In this document: in pieces, positions 25,976-37,869 of the stretch
Position numbering within the stretch: the stretch's first letter is position 1
Layout: each line of letters opens with the position of its first letter
The notes under the pieces: model-generated
Told to the model about the DNA's origin: nothing
What the model saw: the letters and a program-made list of their open reading frames with translations, nothing else
Databases searched by the model: none
Made by a program: the position numbers and the translations under genes
Source of the DNA: Octopus vulgaris
Taxonomy: Eukaryota
Direction of reading: 5' to 3'
Length of the DNA: 64,000 nt
Assembly: GCA_951406725.2 (NCBI GenBank)
Contig: OX597831.1
Span: 48,298,001 to 48,362,000, forward strand

Positions 25976-27575
25976 CTTGTGTGTGTGTGTGTGTGTGTGT
26001 GGTTAAATACAGCTTTGGGAAATGAAGAACCTTGTGTATTTATGACATTACTTGGAGGAATACTTCTCTGTGAGGCTTCAATAAAAGACTTGAACAGATG
26101 TTTCCAAGACTTTTAATGCCAACCATTGCCTTAAAAAATGACACACATTGTAAAATGTTAACATAGACGAAGTGTGCTGAGAAAAGACAAATGGTATGGT
26201 TACAGATAGAATGCCAGTGATTATGGGTTTACTAAATCAGAATGTTAAAGAACAACAACAACAGTGTGTGATTTGAAGATTTTGTTTATAGTTATATTTA
26301 TTTTTCTTAATGTTTTTTTAGAAGGGAATGATAAAGTCCTTGATCCTTCACAGAACCTTCAAGGACAGTAATAGGGGTAAGGAAAAGAGGGAGGAAGACA
26401 TCTCCAAACCAGAAACTTTACCTGATTTTTGCAATGGATTCTGTGAAAAGCACCCAAGGACCATCACCAGCTCCTGGTGTTATCACCCCAGTAGGCCACA
26501 GCAGGATTTGAACTCAGAATGCAAAGAGCTGCAGAAAAAAATCCTCACAAATCATTCTTCCTAATGCTCTAACGATTCTGCTTTATTTTCTCTTTTACTT
26601 GTTTCAGTCATTAGACTGCAGCCCATGCTGGAGCAGTTTGAAAGAGTTTGGGTTTAGTTGAATAAATTGAACCCTGTATTTATTTATGACTGATACATAT
26701 TCTGTTAGTCCCTTTTACTAAACTGCTGCATTACAGGAGAATAAACAAATCAATACCAGTTGTTGAGCGCGCACACACACACACACACATGTGATGAGCT
26801 TCCAGATAGTTTCCATCTATCAGATTCAATCTCAGGGTCAGCCCAGAGCTGTAGCTGCAGGAGAAACTTGCTTAAGGTGCTGTGCAGTGGAATTGAAACT
26901 GAAACCAATGATTACAAAGAAAGCTTGTTACCTGCACAGACACACCTGCACCTATAACCAGGAATGAAAAGCAAAATCAATCCTAGTAGGATTTTAACCC
27001 TGAACACAAGAAGCTGGAATAAATACCCCAAGGCAATGCACTAATATGAAAGACTGGAGGAATTATTTACAAACATTGATTAATTCCAGTCAACTTGTGG
27101 TTTACACTTTTAATTATTTAATCCTTGTTTGAAGATAACTCACTGATTTCTTTTTAAACTACTTGAGAGATAACATAGAGAAATAAAATAGGAAATATAA
27201 TCTGCTAATATTTGGCAATATCTCAAACAAACAGATTTTGTTTTAACAATACAAACGTGTAATAAATTGATTTGCTATGAAGATGGGGAAAATGTCTAGT
27301 GTATTGGGTGGTAGTCAAAGAGTGATCGTTTATTGATGGCACTGAATAGGGAAACTGAGAGTATTTGGTGAAAGAGGGAGAGAAGTGGGGAGGAGATAGA
27401 CAGAGATAAAGAAAGAAGATAAAAAAGAATTAGGAAAGAACAAGAGTTAAGTGAAGTGAGAGAGGTCAAAAAGGGAAGACTATCAAGCTCTGTTAATGTT
27501 TAATTTACATAAATTTATTATGCCTGCCATTGTTTATTGTTTACTGTTTATCAGATACTATAAATTATGGCATAT

Positions 27576-27808
27576 AAGGTGGCGATCTGGCAGAAACGTT
27601 AGCGCGCTGGGAGAAATGCTTAGCGGTATTTCGTCTGTAGTTACGTTCTGAGTTCAAATTCCGTCGAGGTTGACTTTGCCTTTCATCTTTTCGGGGTCGA
27701 TAAATTAAGTACCAGTTATGCACTGGGGTCGATGTAATCGACTTAATCCCCTTGTCTGTCCTTGTTTGTCCCCTGTATGTTTAGCCCCTTGTGGGCAATA
27801 GAGAAATA
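27576..27808 (+). mobile_element. SINE family B (ttgtctgtccttgtttgtcccc tail variant)
   Basis: Young CpG-rich copy flanked by the duplication gatactataa(a/g)ttatggcatat. Confidence 0.9.
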
Positions 27809-28160
27809 GATACTATAAGTTATGGCATATGAACATTGATTGCGGGCCTTCATTTTTATTTTTAGGGTAGCAAATAGCCAATGGTGTAATGGTAAAGAGT
27901 TAAGTAGTAAAATCTTAGCCCTTTACCTGTTCTGTGTATCACATATAATACAGAGGAAAAATTTTCCTGGGGTCCATGTGTCATATATAATACACATTCA
28001 GAATTTTTCACCAACCACCAGACTAATTTGGGACTTATTAAAATAAAACATTATATTACTCAAGATATATGAAACAAGGGCTTTCTAATGGTGTGTAAGT
28101 AAGAACATACTTTGGACCGGTGAAGGGTTCAAGATGGTGTGTTGTTGTTATTTTAATCCC

Positions 28161-28345
28161 AGGCGCAGGAGTGGCTGTGTGGTAAGTAGCTTGCTTACCA
28201 ACTGCATGGTTCCAGATTAATTCCCACTGTGTGGCACCTTGGGCAAGTGTCTTCTACTATAGCCTCGGGCCTACCAAAGCCTTGTGAGTGGATTTGGTAG
28301 ACAAAAACTGAAAGAAGCCAGTCATATATATATATATATATATAT
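28161..28345 (+). mobile_element. SINE A 5' half (split by the RTE insertion)
   Basis: Head through gaagcc and (TA)n. Confidence 0.9.
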
Positions 28346-28513
28346 CATCATCATCATCATCATCATTTAACATCCGCTTTCCATGCTAGCATGGGTTGGA
28401 CGGTTCAACTGGTGTCTGGGGAGCCCGGAGGCTGCACCAGGCCAGTCAGATCTGGCAGTGTTTCTACAGCTGGATGCCCTTCCTAACGCCAACCACTCCG
28501 AGAGTGTATTGGG

Positions 28514-29105
28514 TGATTTTATGTGCCACCGACACAGGTGCCAGACAAGGCTAGCAGACGACCACGCTCGGATGGTGTTTTTTATGTGCCACCGACACAG
28601 GTGCCAGACGAGGCTGGCGAACGGCCACGCTCGGATGGTGTTTTTATGTGCCACCGACACAGGTGCCAGACAAGGCTGGCAGACGACCACGCTCGGATGG
28701 TGTTTTTATGTGCCACCGACACAGGTGCCAGACGAGGCTGGCGAACGGCCACGCTCGGATGGTGTTTTTATGTGCCACCGACACAGGTGCCAGACAAGGC
28801 TAGCAGACGACCACGCTCGGATGGTGTTTTTTATGTGCCACCGACACAGGTGCCAGACGAGGCTGGCGAACGGCCACGCTCGGATGGTGTTTTTATGTGC
28901 CACCGACACAGGTGCCAGACAAGGCTAGCAGATGACCACGCTCGGATGGTGTTTTTTTATGTGCCACCGACACAGGAGCCAGATTAGGCTGGCGATCGGC
29001 CACGATTGGATGGTGATTGTTACGTGCCCTCAGCATGGAGGCCAGTCGGTGCGGTACTGGCTACGGCCACGTTCGGATGGTATTTTTGTGTGCCACCGGC
29101 ACTAG
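28514..29105. repeat. Tandem array of 62-64-bp units (~9.5 copies) in the RTE 3' UTR
   Basis: atgtgccacc recurs at 28521, 28584, 28646, 28708, 28770, 28833, 28895, 28959; diverged units near 29022 and 29088. Confidence 0.95.
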
Positions 29106-29258
29106 TACCACAAAGATACAAATTCCATTGATGTTCATCTATTTTGATTTTGTTTGATTTTCACTTGCCTCAACAGGTCTTCACAAGTGTCACAAGAAGG
29201 AAGGTATGCACAGGTGGACTGACTACGTCCCAGGTAGGGGCCACGGGTTATGGCCTGA

Positions 29259-30856
29259 CTAGTCTTGCCGGGTCTTCTCACGCACAGCATACTTCCATAG
29301 GTCTCGGTCTCTAGTCATTTCCTTGGTGAGACCTAAAGTTCGTAGGTCGTGCTTCACCACTTCGTCCCAGGTTTTCCTGGGTCTACCTCTTCCACAGGTT
29401 CCCTCAACTGCTAGGGTGTAGCACTTTTGCACACAACTATCTTCAGCCATTCTCGTCATATGACCATACCAGCGCAGCCGTCTCTCTTGCACACCACAAC
29501 TGACGCTTCTTAGGTTCAACTTTTCTCTCAAGGTACTTACACTCTGACGATTATGAACACTGACATTACACATCCATCGGAGCATACTGGCTTCATTTCT
29601 TGTGAGCTTACGCATATCCTCAGCAGTCACGGCCCATGTTTCACTACCATGTAGCATGGCTGTACGTACACATGCATCATAAAGTCTGCCTTTTACTCTG
29701 AGCGAGAGGCCTTTTGTCACCAGCAGGGGTAAGAGCTCTCTAAACTTTGCCCAGGCTATTCTTACTCTAGCAGTTACACTTTCAGCACACCCACCCCCGC
29801 TACTAACTTGGTCTCCTAGGTAGCGGAAGCTATCAACTACTTCTAGTTTGTCTCCCTGGAACGTGGTAGAAGTTGGTCTCTGCACATTTCCAGTGTTTAT
29901 TTCTCCTGAGCATCTGCCACATACGAAAACTATCTTCCCAGTGAGCCTACCTTTGACATTGCTGCACCTCTTATGTGTCCATAGCTTACACTTGGTGCAC
30001 CTTATAGAGTTTCTACCTACACCTTTTCTACAGATCGAGCAGGGCCATCTACCTGAAGTCGTTTGTGGTTGGTCCACCTTCCTACTTATTAGGACTTTGG
30101 TTTTGGCTAGGTTGATTCTAAGGCCCTTCGATTCTAATCCTTGTTTCCACACCTGAAACTTCTCCTCCAGTTCTGATAGTGACTCAGCAATTAGAGCAAG
30201 GTCATCAGCATATAGGAGCTCCCAGGGGCATCCTGTCTTAAATTCTTCCGTTATTGCCTGGAGGACTATGATAAATAGGAGGGGGCTGAGGACTGAACCT
30301 TGGTGGACCCCAAACTCTACCCGGAATTCTTCACTGTACTCGTTGCCAACCCTCACCTTACTAGCTGCGTCTCTGTACATGGCTCGCACAGCTCTCACTA
30401 ACCATTCATCTATCCCTAGTTTCCTCATTGACCACCAGATAAGGGATCGGGGGACCCTGTCAAAGGCTTTCTCTAAGTCAACAAAAGCCAGGTACAAGGG
30501 CTTACCTTTGGCTAGGTATTTCTCCTGCAGCTGTCTTACCAGGAATATAGCATCAGTAGTACTTTTCCCTGGCACGAACCCAAACTGCATATCATCTAAG
30601 CTTACTCTCTCTCTAATTAACTGGGCTATAACCCTCTCCGTAACCTTCATTACCTGATCCAACAGCTTGATGCCCCTGTAGTTATTTGTATCTAGGGCAT
30701 TGCCTTTACCTTTGTAGCAGTTGACTATTATGCTGCTACACCAGTCATTGGGTATGACTCCTTCGTGTATCACCTGGTTAACTATACGGGTGACTATGCT
30801 ATAGCCGACACTACCAGATATTTTGAGCATCTCTGCAGTAATTCCTGATGGGCCTG
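29259..30856 (-). CDS. Non-LTR (RTE) reverse transcriptase, ~530 uninterrupted codons, 5'-truncated, with internal C4HC3 finger
   Basis: GPSGI, NYRGIKLL, QFGFVPG, DLEKAFD, QGSVLSPLLF, YADD (30201-30212), FRYLG, GSETW, WYGH, GRGRPRKTW. Confidence 0.92.
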
Positions 30857-30857
30857 A

Positions 30858-31080
30858 TATGGTTGTGTGTCTGTGTTTGTTCCCCCAACATCGCTTGACA
30901 ACCGATGCTGGTGTGTTTACATCCCCGAAACTTAGTGGTTTGGCAAAAGAGACTGATAGAATAAGTACTAGGCTTACAAAGAATAAGTCCTGGGGTTGAT
31001 TTGCTTGACTAATTGGCGGTGATCCAGCATGGCTGCTGTCAAATGACTGAAACAAGTAAAAGAGTAAAGAGTAAAAGAGA
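30858..31080 (+). mobile_element. SINE A 3' half
   Basis: tgtgtctgtgtttgttccccc...gactgaaacaagtaaaagagtaaagag. Confidence 0.9.
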
Positions 31081-31879
31081 GGTTAATCCTGATCCCAATG
31101 ACCTATAGCTCCGTGGAATAAAATTTTGTTTTTCTTGTCTTTGGTCAGTATGTGTTAATTCGTATTTGCTTTTATGTAGAAATCAAAGGAAATTACTACT
31201 ATTCCCTTCAAACTTTGCTTTTGTGAACTGGATTCCAGTGTTTCGAAACTGACCTATTTTCTATTACATTTCAGACAGATTTAGCAATAAGTTGCTGAAG
31301 CAAAAATATAACTATAACAAATAATCTGTTCAATACCACAGTTGCTTAACCTTAACCACTTGAGCATGTCCCTTAAGCTGCCAATATATGCATCTCTGAT
31401 CAGAGGGAGTGTTTTTCCTTGGAATTTGTTTTAGCTCTTTACATTCTAAGTTCAAAATCAGCTTTGGCCTTCTTGGGTGGCTGACATCAATTCGTCACCA
31501 TAATTAACACCAGAGTCTTGGATGCCTTTCGTTGAGTTTATTATGCTGCAAGCATCAGAGCCAAGTACTTCCTTACTGCCCCAAACCACTATCTGCAAAG
31601 GATTATGTGCACTGACCTTTGCTTCTGGCTAAAATACTGAAATCATTAAAATTGTGATAGAACTTGTTTTACTATCAAATAATATAATAGTATTTTTACT
31701 GTTTCACTAGCTGGAAGTTTTGAAGCAGTTGTCCATAGTTATCTTCTTTCTCTTTGGTTTTCAGAGACAGTGTCGTCAGCTGGACAGCTGACATCCATGA
31801 CAGTACATACTTTTTCTTATCTGAATAACATGAGCACAAGATTAGGTTAGGGTTAGAGTTAGAGTGATCTTCATGGTCT

Positions 31880-32060
31880 TAATTCTTTGTTAGGGTGTGG
31901 AAATCCTTCAAAATATAACATCTGATGTGGCCTGATTTTAGCATGAGAGCAGTGGCCAACAAATCCTACAGTGTGTTGGGCATTACTTGTAGAAATTGGT
32001 AGACTATATCCATCTGTTACCTGCCTGATCTTGTGCTCATGCCATGAAAAGTTTGAACCC
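31880..32060 (-). mobile_element. Degenerate RTE C-terminal fragment
   Basis: SWHEHK...SLPIST..Q...FVGHCSHAK resembles the 13916-14536 protein. Confidence 0.55.
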
Positions 32061-32061
32061 T

Positions 32062-32350
32062 CATAAACATCATAATTGTCAGCCACCATAGGAGCCATTA
32101 ATATAGCCAGAAGATCTGCTAGAGTCTCTCTTAAACTATACCCGATTCTCATAGATATTTGTTATTCAGTGGTTGTAGCCAAAATTGCATTTCACCATGT
32201 TCCACAAGGAAACTCTCCTCCATTTTCTTTGACAAGTCCTCAACACTGAATAACAAATATCTATGAGAGTCGGGTATAGTTTAAGAGAGACTCTAGCAGA
32301 TCTGGCTATATTAATGGCTCCTATGGTGGCTGACAATTATGGTGTTTATG
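32062..32350. repeat. Long near-perfect inverted repeat (arms 32062-32175 and 32241-32350, 65-nt spacer)
   Basis: Arms differ by two transitions and two small indels. Confidence 0.95.
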
Positions 32351-33392
32351 TAAATGATAAAAGATAAACATGAAAGCAAACAAGGAAGCTTTTGTTTACA
32401 TAGAAATGAATCATAATACGACCTTCTATTCCACCTATTTATTATTCATTAAAACGAAAATATAAATATTCATAATTATATTTTTATTTGTCATTATGTG
32501 AAGAAGTATGAGGGGCAGCAACAGAAGCAATAGAAGCACCACAGAATGGTCAGAAATTTTGAAATGGTTTTTCAACTAAGGAAAGTTAATGAAGTTAATA
32601 TTCAGATTTAAGCTCCCCAAAACTGGCAGCTAGATCATAAAAGCATGACAAAGAAATAAATTTAGGTGAGATGTGAACTTGTACTCTGTCACCCTAGTCG
32701 CATTGAGAGGGTTGATGGTTTTAATTTGTCATTTAATTCAACACCACCACATGGTCTTTGGTCCTTGGTCTTTGGTTTTACCATTACACAATAATGGTGT
32801 AATGCTCCAGCCTTCACCAGGAAACATCATCATCATTGTTCTAACATCTTCTTTTCTATGCCTGCATGGGTCAGACTCTTGACGTTGTCATCATAATTTT
32901 TACTCTCATTTTTTCCTATGCTTAACGGGGTGGATGGATTTTCTCCCGAGGTTGGACATGCCTTGCTATTTAGCATGTATTTTTCCTATTTTCCTTGTAA
33001 GATCAATTACTTGAGATCAGACTTCACAACATTTTCCTATGTCTTCTTTGGTCTCCCTCTTATATATTTACTTTCCACTTGAATATTTTGGCATTGTTTT
33101 TCAAATATGTCCTTCAATTACAGTCTTCCTTCTTGCACACTACAGTGAATTCCTCTTATAACCAGTTTATCTCTCTTAACCGTTTAGCATTCAGATTACT
33201 CTGTCAAAAGGCAATACTTATTTATAAACATTGTTTTGAATCAATCCTGCATTATTTTATAACTTTGAAATTTTGATAATGTGACTGATTAATTTTAGAG
33301 AGACATTGTTGTATAGATGTAAGAAACTGGATTTGGCCAGTTTAAACATAAAACATGTAGAATATTTGGGCCACATGTGGCCAGTTTAAATA

Positions 33393-33804
33393 TCATCATC
33401 ATCATCGTTTAACATCTGCTTTCCATGCTAGCATGGGTTGGACGATTTGACTGAGGGCTGGTGAACCAGATGGCTGCACCAGGCTCCAATTTTGATCTGA
33501 CAGAGTTTCTACAGCTGGATGCCCTTCCTAACGCCAACCACTCCGAGAGTGTAGCGGGTGCTTCTACGTGCCACCAACATGGGGGCCAGTTAGGCGGTAC
33601 TGGCAATGACCTCGCTCAAATGTTTTTACACATGCCACTGGTGCAAGTGCCAGTAAGGCGACGCTAGTAATGATCACGCTCGAATGGTGCCTTTTACATA
33701 CCACCGGCATGGAAGCCAGATAGCCGCTCTGGCAATGATCACGCTTGGATGGTGTTCTTAGCACCCTACTAGCATAGGGCACAAGTGCCAGTAAGGTGAT
33801 GCTG
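33393..33804 (-). mobile_element. 3' UTR of a related RTE with ~4 diverged array units
   Basis: (CAT)n tail, conserved terminal ~170 nt, GCCAG..loop..CTGGC units. Confidence 0.85.
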
Positions 33805-34115
33805 CAAAGGGCAAATTCATTTATGATACATTGTTCATGCTCATTAATATTACATCCTCAGTAATGTATAGTCATTTCATTTCTATTTAATCAGACTACA
33901 TCCTTTGCACTCAATTTCTGAACACTTCTATTTAATCTTACTCTACATACACTTTCACCATAAAATTTATCTTTCTTTCAGAGAGAGAAACCCTTAGATG
34001 CCAGGAGAGGTAACCACACCCTGTACAACTAAACCAAAACACTATATTCTCTCTCTCTAATTCTGATGCAAAGTTACATAAATATTAGAAGCATTACTCT
34101 TCATATAGTTTAGTG

Positions 34116-34484
34116 CAGTGCTACTCAAAGTGGTAGTTCGTGGACCAGTGCTGGTCCATGAGCCATCAGCTGCCTGTATGCAGTGTGTTTCCAGAAAAGA
34201 AACATTATAAAATGCTTATGTAATATTGTATTATTTGTTTACAATATAAATATAAGATAAAAAAAATTGTCAACTTTTATTATATTCATTATATATATTG
34301 TTTCTTGTTTATAGGCGCAGGAGTGGCTGTGTGGTAAGTAGCTTGCTTACGAACCACATGGTCCCGGGTTCAGTCCCACTGCGTGGCACCTAGGGTAAGT
34401 GTCTTCTACTATAGCCTCCGGCCTACCAAAGCCTTGTGAGTGGATTTGGTAGACGGAAACTGAAAGAAGCCTGTTGTATATGTG

Positions 34485-34515
<31 letters not shown>

Positions 34516-34814
34516 ATATGTTTCTGTGTCTGTGTTTGTCCCCCCCCCCCAACATCGCTTGACAACCGATCCTGGTGTGTTTACGTCCCCGTAACTTAGT
34601 GGTTCAGCAAACAAGACCAATAGAATAAGTACTAGGCTTACAAAGAATAAGTCCTGGGGTCGATTTGCCCCAGCATGGCCGCAGTCAAATGATTGAAACA
34701 AGTACAAGAGTACAAGAGGGTATAAATTAATATTACTAAGAGATATCACCAGTTCCTGGCACACTGGGAAAAAAAACTGCCAGTATGCCACATCAGATAG
34801 TTTGAGAAGCACTG
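34116..34814. mobile_element. hAT (Charlie-like) MITE with SINE A (34313-34718, +) nested inside
   Basis: TIRs CAGTGCTACTCAAA / TTTGAGAAGCACTG; 8-bp TSD gtttagtg / gtctagtg. Confidence 0.8.
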
Positions 34815-35536
34815 GTCTAGTGGTTATAGACTAGAGATCATGGGTTCAGTTCTTTGATTAGCATCACATTGTGTCCTTGAGCAAAACACATCATTTTATG
34901 TTACACCTGTCTACTCACCCGGAAAGGAGTTCCAGGTGAGTGCTGGTGCAATTCTCTCTCCTTCCTGCTGTCACATTTTACATTGTGCCATTAGTTCAAA
35001 TTGACGAAGTGCCAATTATGTCTGCTTATTACTACATAGTCACTTAAAGCAAGCTACTAAATCAGACTCACTTGCAAGTGATGGCTAAACCACATCTCAC
35101 AATAACTGGACAGATTGAACTCTTCTCCAAATAGCCTTCAAGACTTAGATGCCTGTGATTTAACTAACATTTCTCTTTAGAATTCTAGACCAAGTTAGAG
35201 TTTCATTATTCAATAATAACCCACCAAAAATCGGTTTAATGGAAATTCTTTCCTGGATCAAACAAACGAAATGCAACCAAAAGGAATTAAAAGATCTCCT
35301 CGATGATAAATACTGGAAAAAATAAAACATTAAATAACACATTTAGATTCATTATTTCTTATGGTGTAAGATTTTTCATGCTCATTTTTTTAATTTCTCC
35401 TCTCTCTTTCTTTCACTCACTCACTCTCTCTCTCTCATTCTCTGTCTGTCTGTTTGTCTCTCTTTCTCTCTCTGTCTCTCTCTCTCTCTAGCTTCCTTAA
35501 ATTTTCATTCTCTTCATTTATATACACATCTATTTA

Positions 35537-35748
35537 AGACAGCAAACTGACAGTAACATTAGCACGCTGGGCAAAATGCTTAGTGATATTTCACTTGTCT
35601 TTACGTTCTGAGTTCAAATTCCACCAAAGTCGACTTTACCTTTCGTCATTTCGAGGTCGATAAATTAAGTACCAGTCGTGAACTGGGGTTTGTATAATTG
35701 ACTGGGCCACTCACCAAAAATTTCAGGCCTTGTGCCTAGAGTAGAAGA
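35537..35748 (+). mobile_element. SINE family B
   Basis: Collinear copy. Confidence 0.85.
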
Positions 35749-35771
35749 GTATATATAGATCTATTTCTTAA

Positions 35772-35894
35772 TGTGCATGTATGTGTGTGTGTATGCATAT
35801 ATGTATGTATATGTATACACATATATATATACACACATCATATACATACATACATTCATACATACATACATACATACATACATACATACATACA

Positions 35895-35928
<34 letters not shown>

Positions 35929-36110
35929 CATACATACATATACATACATATGGATGTATTTTTATACATAATTAGGATAAAATCATTATTTACCTTGGGT
36001 TGTGGAGTAAAAATCTAAGTGTTTCATAGACTTTTTGGGGTTTATTTCTAGCAGACTGGTGTTGTAATCATTCAACACCCTTATTATAATTTTACATATG
36101 TATCTATGTG

Positions 36111-36169
<59 letters not shown>

Positions 36170-36312
36170 ACATATATATAACTTACATATATTGAGCTAG
36201 TTATGTGTGCATGCATATGTCTATATAAATGTTTGTCCATATATATATATTTTATGTGTGTGTGTGTATACATGCGTGTGTGTGCGTGTGTGCATGTGCA
36301 TGTGTGAGTGTG
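35772..36312. repeat. (TACA)n, (TA)n and (TG)n microsatellites
   Basis: Direct reading. Confidence 0.9.
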
Positions 36313-36635
36313 TAATTGTAGAAATATTCATGTTACTGCTTGCTTGTGCATACATATATTTCCTCACACGGTTCATTGGAATTGCCTGCAATGTCTAAAT
36401 TGTGAAACCATTAGAGATGGCTGCTTAATAACTGAAGAATAGCCACAACAAATCTAGGAGGAAGAAGGGTGAAAGCAATCAACAGAGAAGGTGATTTGAC
36501 AGATCAAACACTAACATTGTAAAATAACCAACTAGAACGAGTTAATTGACCATGTAGACTGTTGAGTACAGTAGTTCTATAATAAAAATAATGATGATGA
36601 TGATGATAGCAATAATAATAATAATGTTAATAACA

Positions 36636-36760
36636 ATGACACTTAGCAAAGTTAAGATGGGTTACCAATGTGGGAAGAAAGGCCCATCAGTGAACCATCT
36701 TCTGTTTATGGATGACGTGAAATTGTTTGGGAAATCTGGAAAACAGATAGATTCCTTATC
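36636..36760 (+). mobile_element. R4/Dong-like RT catalytic fragment
   Basis: GYQCGKKGPSVNHLLFMDDVKLFGKSGKQIDSL (HLLFMDDxKL motif), next to (TAA)n. Confidence 0.75.
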
Positions 36761-36942
36761 CAAAATTCTGACTGGGCCCCACCTGCAAAGTCGTTCCCTA
36801 TTTATCTTGATATAAGGTCACCATGTCGTGTACATATGATCGTGATGCATGTGCCTGGTGTACCCTTATCAGATGGGTAGTCATGATGGGTATACTGGGC
36901 TTCGTATATTTTACCCCAGTGTCACTTTAATGGCATGGATTC

Positions 36943-36978
<36 letters not shown>

Positions 36979-37869
36979 TTAGCAAAGAGAGAAAAATACA
37001 GACTACTAAACTGGAAAACATAGAAAAACAGACTGTTAAAAGAATAAATTGCAAGAACATAGGCAATGAGAAGAGTATATTAGTTGTAGGGGCACTCAGA
37101 GCTCTAACAACCAGGCGGGAGAAATTGGAATTAACATGAGGGCAGAACAGGCCTAAAAAACTGCTTTATTGGGGACAGTAAGGATTTTGAGATTGGTGCT
37201 GGGTGTTGAGTATCTACTACAATAGTTAACACTCTAGTACCAAGCCTTATAATTTGCAGAAAGAATCCCTGTGAGACCACTGAGAATAGCTTACTGTCCA
37301 CTCTCACAAATTCAACTGCAGCCAGTAAGAATGGGAGCTCTGAACATGGGTGTAACTGTTCCATTGTTGATTCCCTTGTCAGCATCTGCTGAACCTATTT
37401 ACAGACTGGTGGTATTTGGCTGTGTGTCCACCAAGCTACTTCTCTTCCTCCTACTATACTCCTAACCCTCATCTATCTATGATTATCTCAAATACAAGGC
37501 GAAAGTCGAAACTAAACAACATTTAATAATACTACACAATAATAAGAACAAAGTTGGCAGACTTAACTAAATTCTGCAGCTGCTCATAACAATGATGATC
37601 ATGGCTACACTGTTGCCATAGTTACAAAGGGTGGCCACAAGGATAGTGATTGTGAAAGTAGTGGTGATAGCAATCAATGGCCACTGCTGCTGCTGTAATG
37701 GCATGGTAGAGGTAATTGTAATGGTAATAATGGCAGAGTTGACAATAGTGGTATAAATAATTACCATTTCTATATCAATCACTCAGGACTCAAAACTGTA
37801 ATTTTAAAGTAATACAAAAATGTCTTATGAAACTAAAAGGAAAATTAAAACAGTACACCAAATCGCTTG

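Larger units (their letters stand above)
28345..30857 (-). mobile_element. Young 5'-truncated RTE-clade LINE
   Basis: RT frame, ~910-nt 3' UTR with tandem array, (GAT)n tail; no endonuclease domain present. Confidence 0.95.

Noticed and set aside
28383-28987. 181-aa and 154-aa repetitive ORFs
   Set aside because: By-products of the GC-rich tandem array on the antisense strand of the LINE.
28514-29105. CRISPR array
   Set aside because: Units are near-identical along their length with A/B alternation, no unique 25-45-bp spacers, no cas genes, and a eukaryotic LINE context.
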